Assembly: GCA_964016885.1 (NCBI GenBank) | Contig: OZ024745.1 | Location: 132,866,001-132,930,000, forward strand | Length of the DNA: 64,000 nt | From: Eledone cirrhosa | Lineage: Eukaryota | Reading direction: 5' to 3' | Shown here: positions 26,866 through 37,188 of the stretch, piece by piece | Position numbering within the stretch: position 1 is the stretch's first letter | Layout: each line of letters begins with the position of its first letter | Program-made: the position numbers and the translations under genes | The notes under the pieces: generated by a model | Seen by the model: only the letters and a program-made list of their open reading frames with translations | Database searches by the model: none | Told to the model about the DNA's origin: nothing

Positions 26866-26871
26866 GTTATT

Positions 26872-29370
26872 ACTCCTTGAGTCTCAGTCATTGATGTTAG
26901 TTAACTGAAAAGTTTGTTGGAATGAATATCAAGCCATTACCTGCAGCCTCAGATATTCAGGACGTATCGGAGGGTTCTTGCTGTTGCCAGCAAGCATGCC
27001 TTTTGAAGCGTTCCAAAAAGTGTGAAGGGGCCGATTTTCTTTAACCATCCCTGGAAACTTTTGGAGATAGTCCCCAGTGCGCCTATGACAATCGGGATCA
27101 CTTTGACTTCATGGCAGTTCCAAATCCTTTTTACCTCCCACTTTAAGTCCTGGTATCGGTTAATTGTCTCCCTCTCCTTCTCTTGCACTCTCGTGTCGAA
27201 TGGGCAGGCCACATCCACAATCAGGCACGATCTTTTTCCTTTGTCCACAACCACCAGGTCAGGTCTATTGTGTTCCAGTTTCTTGTCCGTCTGTATCCTA
27301 AAATCCCACAGTACCTTCACCTGATCGTTCTCTATCACCGCCTCTGGCTTATGCTCATACCATTTCTCAGAATGTGGTAAACTGTTTACTTTGCACAGGT
27401 GCCAGTGGCTCACCCTGCCCATCACATCATATCTCCAGCCCTTATAGTGGGTCTGGGCTAGGTGTTTACACTCGGATACAATGTGAGCCACAGTCTCCTC
27501 TCTCTCTCCACAGATCCTGCACAGTGGGCTAGCCTCCTCCTTGTAAATATGGTGTTTCAACAACTTCGTTTTGAGAGCCTGCTCCTGCGCAGACATTAAC
27601 ATTCCTTCTGTAGCCTTTTTAAGGTCTCCTCTTCTCAACCAGTTCCATGTCTGTGGATCTCTAAATTCAGTGTTCTCAAAGAAGGTACTTGAAGGGATTT
27701 TTCCTGACGGCTGCTCTTTCTCCTTGATGTTATTTCCTCCTTGGACATCCCCTGGCCTATTGTCCCCTCCTTCAGTACAGTTCTGAGCATTGGCTCCTTA
27801 CTATCAGTCACGTATTTGTGTAGGTTGTTTTTCTCCATCTGAACACAGTCCTCTATGCTGATAAGACCTCTTCCACCCTCAGATATCCTTAAGTAGAGTC
27901 TATCGACATCACTCCTCTTGTGGAAAATGTTGTAGATAGTCAATAGCTTCCTAGTCTTCCTATCCATTTCTTTTTGTTCAGCAACATTCCATCTCAGAAT
28001 TCCCGCACTGTACCTAATAATAGACACAGCTCGGGAATTTACTGCGCTTATGGCATTTCTGCTGTTCAGATGTGACTTCAATACGCTCCTTACTCTCCGA
28101 ATGTATTCAGTTCTTAACAATTCCCTCATTTTTTTGTTCTTTATGCCATCAGCCTCCAGAACGCCCAAATACTTGTATCCTTCCTCAGCGTCAATTTCCT
28201 TTATCATCTCACCTGTTGGTATCTGGATTCCGTTACTTCTGCTCAGACTACCCCTCCTCATCACAATGACTCCACACTTACTAATACCAAATTGCATACA
28301 TATATCACTGCTGAAAATACGGACAGTGTCAACAAGCACATCCAACTCCTTCTCACTCTTCCCGAAGAGCTTAAGATCGTCCATGAAGAGGAGGTGATTG
28401 ATGGTAAGCCCTCCCTTTCCCAACCTGTATCCTGCTCTCACTTTTCGCAGTACACTGGTCAGGGGCATCAGGGCAAGGACAATCAACAGAGGGGACAGGC
28501 TATCTCCCTGGAAGATACCTCTCTTGATCTTCACGCTTCCCAAGGATTCTCCAGTTGATGTCAACTCTGTTTCCCAGGACCTCATACTTTTTCCCAACAA
28601 CTGTCTGATGTTATCTGCCACCTTGAAGATCTCCAGGCTTTTGGTGATCCAAGAATGAGGCACCATATCAAATGCCTTTCTGTAGTCTATCCATCCCATG
28701 GCAAGATCAGTGTGTCTCCTCCTGCAATTCGCCATTACCATCTTATCAATAAGTAACTAGTCCTTTGTACCACGTGACTTCTTTCGGCATCCTTTCTGTT
28801 CGTCCGGTAACAAGTTGCTTGTGTGGAGGTGATGGTAGATTTCCTCAGACACAATGCTTGTCAACAGTTCCCACATTACGGACAGACATGTGATAGGTCT
28901 ATAGTTGGTAACATCATTACCCTTGGTTCGGTCTTTCATTATCAGAACTGTGGTACCTTTTGTCAACCACTCTGGTACCTCACCTGACATCAAGCAGTCA
29001 TTGAACATGGTTGTCAGTTTCGGGTGGAGGGATGTTATATTTTTAATCCAATACCCCTGCACACCATCTGGGCCTGGTGATTTCCAGTTGGTTAGTTTTT
29101 TGGCCTGCCCCTTAAGAGTTTCAACTGTGATACTCAAATCAGTTTGTTGGTGTGCCTGTTCACTAATCTCCTTCTGTACTGTCTCAATCCACACTGCCTG
29201 GTCATTATGTCTAACATCCTGCTCCCATATTCTTCTCCAAATGTTTTAGTTTGTTCCGCCTCAGGGTTTAAGTCGTTGCCTCTTTCTTTCCCCTCAAGCT
29301 GTCTAAAAAAGCATCTTCTGGTTGTTGTCGAACATGCGGTTCTGTTTATACTGACTGACTCTGTTCTCTG
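26872..29370 (-). mobile_element. R4/Dong-like family A1 copy 4, 2.5 kb, 5'-truncated, frameshifted
   Basis: Full RT ([42 protein letters not shown]), zinc knuckle and RLE. Confidence 0.97.
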
Positions 29371-29446
29371 TTATTGTTATTATTATTATTATTAGTAGTA
29401 GTATTATTATTATTGTTGTTATTGTTGTTGTTGTTATTGTTGTTGC

Positions 29447-29504
<58 letters not shown>

Positions 29505-29625
29505 GGTGGTGGTGGTGGTGGTGGTGGTGGTGGTGGTGGTGGTGGCGGCGGCGGCGGCAGCGGCGGTGTTGTTGTTGTTGTTGTTTTTATTACTAAAACT
29601 TCTACTACTACTACTATCATCATGA
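29371..29625. repeat. Compound trinucleotide microsatellite TTA/TAG/TTG/GTG/GCG/CTA
   Basis: Direct reading; source of poly-N/T/P/L/V pseudo-ORFs. Confidence 0.97.
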
Positions 29626-29884
29626 TCATTGCGTTGACATAGTGTTCCTGCTATGTCTAATGGACACAATTGCAATACGAAATAAAGAAACCTACACGCA
29701 GTAGCTGCAGGTGTGTCGCTGATAAAAACTTATTCAAGATTGATGACATTACATACATTAAACAATTGCATAATATATGTTCACCCTAACGAATCGAAAG
29801 TTGCACATACAGTATGGTCAAGCAGTGAAATTGTGAAGGGAAGCAACGGTAGACAGACTTGGAGATACACATTGACCAGCGAAG

Positions 29885-29944
<60 letters not shown>

Positions 29945-30355
29945 CAGAAGGGATATTCAATTTGTTGGTAATTCAACAAATATAAATGTTTATAACTGAT
30001 TCAGAGCACTCAACAGTTTTCTGGACTATAATATACAATGATATTAAATAAATCGAAACTATATTTATAAAAGCAAATTTATTCTGTTATATATATTTCA
30101 AGGGTACTAAAATGTTGTTACGCTATCATCAGATAAAATACCAAGTTTGTTTCATAAAGTTTGACATAACCAAGGATATCCACGGATAACTTGAACCGTT
30201 AAGGTATATTCTCCTTCATTATGTCAAAATTTATAAAACACACTTCGTATTTTATCTGATGATAGCGTACCAAAAGTTTGGTACCCCTGAAATATATATA
30301 ATAGAATAAATATGGTTTTATAAAAATAGTTTCCATTTATTTAATATCATTGTAC
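29945..30355. mobile_element. Fold-back element (~140-bp imperfect arms, ~30033-30355) with a minimal hammerhead motif on each arm; Penelope-like terminal repeat
   Basis: Plus: TATTTTAT-CTGATGA(30256)-stem-GAAA(30289)-TATATATA-ATAGAATA; mirror copy on minus at ~30080-30140; abuts (TA)n. Confidence 0.7.
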
Positions 30356-30984
30356 ATGCATATTAAAAATATAGACATGTTAAAATACCAAATAAAGTTG
30401 TTTCACTTTAAATCGAAAAACAATAACTGATTAACACATTTAATCGATTTTCACTGCTATTTGACCCTCCTGCAGACGGCCTAATTGCTATCTAAACAAC
30501 CACAAAGAAATAGGTAACACCTTATCATCTTTATTAAATGAACGTACTGATTTGAATATTATTTGCACTTATGTAGGAACTCAATTAAAACATATTTTGT
30601 TGTGTGCTATGAAGCCGAAGAATATAAAATTGTATATATAGAGAATAGTGGTAAGATATGCTGCATGAATTGTATATAAATGTATACATCTTTCCTATAT
30701 AGACATGTAAGTATGCTAAATATGCGCATTTTACTGTACATTGAAATATAATTGCTATACACGCTTTCAGGTGAAATCCCAACTAGGATTGAAAATATAT
30801 TAAATATTGTTATCCCTTTTTTCGATTTACCAAGGAATACTTATATTTGACATATTAACATGTTTACTTTTTAAAATACGTGTAATTTTATATACACATT
30901 TACACCGACAGAGTTACCACTGTTCTCTATATATACAGTTGTAACTCTATCATATTCGTCAGCTGTTAACACATAACTGTAGGC

Positions 30985-31190
30985 TGGGTTGTGTTCTTGA
31001 GCAAAACACTTCATTTCACGTCGCTTCATTATAGTAAACTGAAAATGAGTACCAGCAACAGCTGGGAGATTAACCCTGCAATGGAGCGGCGTCTTATCCA
31101 GGGAGTGATTCTTGTACTTTCAGCCGGTTCCCGCCATGAAACCCGGATAAGCACTACCCTAAAGAAACTTCTGTCTTGAAAGAGACTTTG
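30985..31190 (+). mobile_element. Second SINE family, central and 3' region
   Basis: TGTGTTCTTGAGCAAAACACTT...AACCCTGCAATGGAGCGGCGTCTTATCCAGGG resembles conserved central domains of invertebrate tRNA-SINEs. Confidence 0.6.
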
Positions 31191-32224
31191 CACTTTTGAT
31201 TGCAGCAACTACGGCAATAATATTTATACGTCCCTGAACATTTACAATATTCTTTATAAGTACATTTACATTCCATTTTAACAGTTTTCATCTTGGATTT
31301 TCATTAAAACTGTTTTTATTGGTGAATATAGTTTGCCACACTTTAAAGTAAGAGTAGCAACGCTCTTATACGTTACATTACTGATATCTGTCAAAAGAAA
31401 CTTTACAATATTCACTTATCCCCATTCCTAAATAAATGCCTCAGTAAAAAAGAACTGTTATCCTCAACAAACTGAAATTTTATGTAACAGTTTTAGAAAG
31501 CATTCACACTTTCAGTTGTGATCAAACCTGAATGTAACTCATCTCATTCCCTCCTCAATGGAAAATTACAAGGTAAGCCACCACATAACTTTCAACACTC
31601 GGTATATGTTTCAGTTCTATGATACTAAGGTTATTTACTCTTCTTTTAGAAATATTGTTCGGTGGCTGGAAGCACATCAGCTATTCTTCATACACTCTGG
31701 AAGAAGCAAGCCTACTTCAATCGCTGAACAAACATAAATGTAATATAAGCTTAAATACTTTTAGATGTTCGTTTTTAAATATAAGGTTATTAGTTTTGAA
31801 AATTATGATCTTATTAGCGATTGAATTTCATTTCGTTTATTAAAACATGATCACAGCGACTATAATGATTTTTTCTTTTAAGGTCATGTTTAATACTTAA
31901 GAAATGTATCTACATATACTTCGAAGTTATTGATGTAACATTTCAAGTAAGCAAAACGAGAAAACTTGGTGGTGGCCGTGACGCGATCAATGAAATTCTG
32001 CTGCTAGAGATTGAAATAATATGTAACATTGTGAAGCAATTAGATGAGCTTTCCAGGTGAATGTACATACGGTATTTTTAATTTACCATATGTTGTAATC
32101 TGCAATCACAAGTAGATATCGTTTATGTGTGTGATAGCTCACACCTATGCAGGTTTAGCTGGCCTCTTCCAAGGTATATCTTGTTGGAAGTATCTTGGGT
32201 GATTTATTGATAGGCACACCAGTC

Positions 32225-32376
32225 CTATCATCTCATTTCTACAGTTGAGTAAACTGGAGCAACGTGAAATAAAGTGTCTTGCTCAAGGAAACAACACATC
32301 ACCCGGTCCAAGAATTGAACTCACAACCTTTCGATTGCAAGCCCAATTCTCTAACCACTAAGCCATGCGCTTTCAC
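32225..32376 (-). mobile_element. tRNA-headed SINE (not S1)
   Basis: Minus strand: A box TGGCTTAGTGG, B box GAGTTCAATTC, then TTCCTTGAGCAAGACACTTTATTTCACG as in 30985-31190. Confidence 0.8.
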
Positions 32377-33269
32377 CTAGATACGTTTTGTATTGCTTCG
32401 TATGATATTTTTCAATTACGCCTGAGATGATTTTATAGGAATCTGATCTCAAACATATATATTTGAAACATATCCGTATATTTTAAAATGGCTCCAATCA
32501 CTATGTCAATACGTTATTGCTGCATTATATATACAAGATGCTAGAAGAGTGTATAACATGTGTATCTATATTTACATAGAAAACTATAACAGTTAAATTA
32601 ATAGGTTGAATTGCGTAATTTCTGCTCTGAAAGAACTTTAAATCACGGTAATTGTACATCTCTAAATTATTGTTCACCTTACGATAAATATTTCCCAGAC
32701 GTATACGTACAAGAGACGAGTATTTTGTACATTTTCATGTTAAATCAGCCAATCCAACTATGTTATTTTATCATTATAATTGTACACACTATACACTAAT
32801 CTTGCAACGATCATGTATTCCAGTAAGGGTATTGTATAACTCTAAACTCCATTCATAAACGATTGTATTTGATCAAAATATCAACAATTATTTAGACAGG
32901 CAACCCAAATAAGTAGGCTCTTGATAAATGTAGACATCACTTCAATTTAGCTTTGCAAAATTATTCCTAATTTATTCTAGATGAACAGCCAATGAACTCA
33001 GTCATCCAAAACCGTTTGGAGTTTTAGTATATTGAAAGCAAACAGTAAGAATAAATTGATGTTTATGAACGATTTAACGCTTCAATTTCTTCAGCGTTCT
33101 TCATTGCTGATATAAAACAAAAAACGGATTCTTCCGCTAAATGTAAAGTAGCGAGAAACCAATTTCTTCTATTTTCTTTTTATATGTTTGCCCCTCAAAA
33201 CATTTGAACATTTTTAATATCTTTAATTATTTTCTGCTATTATATCTAGACCGCTTTTTAAATTAGTCG

Positions 33270-33353
<84 letters not shown>

Positions 33354-33371
33354 ATATATATATATATATAT

Positions 33372-33692
33372 ATATTAATTCAAAATATTAATAAATATAG
33401 ACATTCATGTGATCAAATATATTTTCTTATATATATTTCAGAGGTACTGTGCTGTTTCCTCAGTTGAGGTATGTCAGACATCAATTCATTTTATCTGATG
33501 AGGACGTACTGAGGAAACAGCACAGTATCTCAAAAATATATATAATAAAATATATTTGATCACATGAATGTCTATATTTATTGATATTTTGAATTAATAT
33601 TAATAACTCCAGAAAACTTCTTTGTTGAGTGATTCTAATCTATTGTAAAACTATATTCATTTATTAATCAATGAACCTTGTTTAACATTTGG

Positions 33693-33695
<3 letters not shown>
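33372..33695. mobile_element. Fold-back element (~93-bp arms, 33372-33464 / 33508-33600), same family as 29945-30355, with hammerhead motif
   Basis: CATTTTAT-CTGATGA(33495)-GGACGTACTG..CAGTATCTCA-AAAA-TATATATA-ATAAAAT; left arm retains GAAA; TCCAGAAAA..TGTTGAGTG flank shared with 29990-30030; lies between (CT)n(TA)n and (TA)n. Confidence 0.7.
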
Positions 33696-33748
<53 letters not shown>

Positions 33749-34116
33749 CATGGCGGATACCTAAATGTATTCGTGAGTAAATAATAGCTGAGAGAAAACA
33801 GTGGAGATATTGTCTTTGTTGAGACTGTATCTTCGTCACTTCAGCTCCCTAGAACTACGGACAGTACATAGTATTCTCAGATGTATATATCTACTGATTA
33901 GCCTCATTTACATATCGAACGATTTTACGTCCGGCTTTATCGAACATTAAAAGGTAGAATGTGGTTTTACACTTAACATGGTGGATACCTAAGAGTATTC
34001 GTGGGGGAATGACAATACTATTATAATATTAATAATATTACATTATTATAATATTAATATTGTTGTTATTCAATCATGATTACACAGAGAGAGACACTTG
34101 TATATATACACACACA

Positions 34117-34168
<52 letters not shown>

Positions 34169-34189
34169 CATACATGTATTAATTACTGA

Positions 34190-34529
34190 CGCCGATAAAA
34201 TAAAGTTCCAGTAGCACACTGGGGTCAGTTTATTAAACTGACCCCAGTCTTTCGGCCCTCCCCAAATTTGTCCGCCTTGTCTCTGAATCAGAAACCATTA
34301 TTAAGGGCGGTGGATTGGCAGTGCGGTAGATCGTCGGACACAATGCTTTGCAGCATTGAGTTACTCCGCTTTATGATCTGTGTTCAAATCCCTCCGGAGT
34401 TAGCTTTGTCTTTCCTCCTTCCTCCTTATGGGGTCGATAAAATAAAGCAGCAGTACCGTACTGGAGTCGATTTAATCGATTTCCACTCTCCACAAATATC
34501 TGGCATTGTGCCTATACTAGAAATCATTA
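34190..34529 (+). mobile_element. Two tandem S1-related SINEs (3' half 34190-34302; full copy 34304-34529)
   Basis: First ends AGAAACCATTATTAA and is directly followed by head GGGCGGTGGATTGGCAG; second ends AGAAATCATTAC. Confidence 0.85.
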
Positions 34530-34530
34530 C

Positions 34531-34984
34531 TTGAAAGGATTGAAGACGGACACTTTCCTCTTCGGCGAATTTCTGATTAACTTTTTCAAGTTTCACTTGA
34601 AGAGGAAGATCAGGGTGGAGAGGCAAGTGCTGTCTTGTAGTAAGTTTGTTGAACGGGAGGTGAAAGTGGTGAGTCTGCTCCGAGTGAACGGGTCTGCTCT
34701 GAGTATGCGCCTGTAGACTGAGGGGGGGGGGTCTGAGAGAGCACTTGCCCTGGTGGTTGGGTAGCCGTTGTCTTTTGTGTGGTTCTCGCCATGAGTGACT
34801 CTCGGAAGTTTCCCCACCATTGGGGAATTTTTGTTGTTTGAATTTCTTAATATATTTATGTTGTTTTTTGTTACAACCCTTTTTACCCGAACCAAACCCA
34901 CTTTGTATCGTCCTGCACCGTTCTGTGCCGTCTCTAATGTCTTTCTTCATGTAAGCCCTTGTGGCCAATAAAGAAACCATTATT
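34531..34984 (+). mobile_element. Tx1-clade LINE 3' fragment (older subfamily)
   Basis: LKGLKTDTFLFGEFLINFFKFHLKRKIRVE aligns to the C-terminus of 42237-43799; 3' end AATAAAGAAACCATTATT. Confidence 0.9.
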
Positions 34985-34992
34985 CTTATTAT

Positions 34993-35207
34993 ATCGGTAG
35001 ATGGTCAGACGTCATGATAAGCATCATAGAGTTACGGCCCTTTAAGAACCCAGTTCAAATCCCACCGGGGTTAAATTTGCCTTTCATCCTTACGGGGTCG
35101 ATAAAATAAAGTATCAGTCATGCTCTGGGGTCTATTTAATCGAATTTCCCCTCCTCCAAAAATTGCTGGCCTTGTGCCTATAAAAGATACAATTATTATT
35201 ATTATTA
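34993..35207 (+). mobile_element. S1-related SINE, slightly 5'-truncated, with (ATT)n tail
   Basis: B box AGTTCAAATCC, S1 core, 3' end GGCCTTGTGCCTATAAAAGATACAATTATTATT. Confidence 0.88.
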
Positions 35208-35701
35208 CAGTTGCATTTAACTTGCTTTATGTTCATACGAGTTATCACCAAGTCACAACCAGTGACCTCAAGAGACAACAAGTTCCGCCATGTTCAAGAA
35301 AGAACATACATGCACACACATACATCTTTAGGTGTTTATACTTGTGATGTAATTATATTGACAGAATCTAACTTAGTATATGGGCAGTTCCCTTTAGTAC
35401 TATATTTTGTATTTCTCCTATACGCGGGTTTCCTGGTATTTGTGATAAGTAATCATTAGCCCCCTTACGTATCATTCCTAGAGCACCTACAACCACTGGT
35501 ATTGTTTTAGTTGTCAACTTCCACATTTTTCCAATTTCTATCTCCATGTCTTTATACTTGCTCAATTTTTCAGATGTTTTTATAGATACATTCTTGTCTA
35601 TTGGAACGGACATATCAATTAGCAGGCATACCATCTTTTTAAAGTCCTTCAGTATTATATCAGGTCTATTTGCATCTAATTTTTGGTCTGTTTGGATGCT
35701 A
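35208..35701 (-). mobile_element. R4/Dong-like family B copy 1, 5'-truncated
   Basis: RPDIILKD..CLLIDMSVPID..EKLSKYKD..IPVVVGALG RLE plus 3' UTR, between (TAA)n tracts. Confidence 0.93.
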
Positions 35702-35714
35702 TTATTATTATTAT

Positions 35715-37156
35715 TTGCATTTATCTTGCTTTATGTTCATACGAGTTATCACCAACTCACAACCAGTGACCTCAAGAGACAACAAGGTCCGCCATGTTCA
35801 AGAAAGAACATACATACACACACATGCATCTTTAGGTGTTTAGACTTGTGACGGACATATCAATTAGCAGGGTACCCTCTTTTTAAAGTCCTTCAGTATT
35901 ATATCAGGTCTATTTGCATCTATGTTTCGGTCTGTTTGGATGCTAAAGTTCCACAAGATTGAGATGTGATCTTTTTCATGTATGGGAGGTGGTTGATGCT
36001 CCCACCAATTCTTTTGATGGGTCAAGTCAAAATGCCTACACATTATCCAATGTATGTAATGTGCAGCTCTGTCATGCCTGTTTAGGTATTCGGTTGGAGC
36101 TATAGGACTGCACATTGAAATTATATCGTCAATGGTCCCTGGTTGTTTTTTACATACACGGCATAATGGGTTGCATCCATTTTTTAATGTTGGCTTGATA
36201 ATTTTTTGTTGGCAGACACTGATCTTGTACTGATATAATCAGTCCTTCAGTCTCCGATTTCAGTCCAGGGGTTGCGAACCACTGATGGGTTAAGGTTTTG
36301 TCAACATCAGGATTATTAGCTCTTTCTGGGTATTTTCCATACAGAGGTTTGTCTTGCCATTTCTTAGCCGTAGCAGTTCTTTCTTTGCAGTTACTTTTAC
36401 CTGTTTTGCTTTTTCTGTGTTTTCCATTTCAGCAGTAAATGGGACTTCTGATATGTGTAGTCCATTACTGTATCTTTGTGCATCTTTTGTAATGGAATAT
36501 GATCTTTTGGTGCTTTCGTGTTTCAAAACGAGTTTGATCATCCAATCATGTGATTCCCTTAGGTATGTAGATAATCCAATTCCTGCAATTTTTCTACGCA
36601 ATATCTAACTGCATTAACCCACGTCCTCCTTCTTTCCTAGGGAGATATATTCTATCTGTATCTGCCTTAAGGTGATGCATTCTGTGCATGGTTAAGAATT
36701 TTCGAATTTTTGTATCGAGCCTACGGATCTCTGTGCTTGAACAGTTGATGACATTGTAACTGTAGGTTACTACTGGTATGGCAAGCGTGTTTATGGCATC
36801 GATAATATACCTTGCATTCAATTCCGTTCTTAAGATTGCACTTACTCTGCGGTAACATTCCTTCCATATCGTTTCCCTCATTGTCGAGTGCTTGATTCCT
36901 CTTGTTTCCTCTTGATCAAGTTCTCTTATCACATTCCCCCGATCAAGATTAATGTCTGAACTTTTCAACAGCTTTCCTCTGGTGAACGTTGCTTTGGCGC
37001 ATTTATCTAGTCCAAACTCCATTTTAATGTCATCACTGAACAGCCCCACAGTGGATAATAGCCCTTGCAATTGTTCATCATTTTTTGCAAATAGTTTCAG
37101 GTCATACATGTAGAACAAGTGATTAATGGTTTTGTCATAGACTTTATATCCATGTT
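35715..37156 (-). mobile_element. R4/Dong-like family B copy 2, 5'-truncated, internal deletion at ~35850
   Basis: FYMYDLKLF, GGRGL, zinc knuckle region and start of RLE; same 3' UTR as the other B copies. Confidence 0.93.
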
Positions 37157-37188
37157 ATTATTATTATTTATTATTATTATTATTATTA

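Noticed and set aside
24725-29370. Repeat-spacer-like pattern suggesting CRISPR or tandem gene duplication
   Set aside because: Units share 3' ends and have different 5' truncations, the signature of independent retrotransposition; eukaryotic context, no cas genes
33748-34010. Direct repeat AACATGG.GGATACCTAA..GTATTCGTG about 228 bp apart
   Set aside because: Probably another small repeat remnant; no core motif or boundaries that I can support
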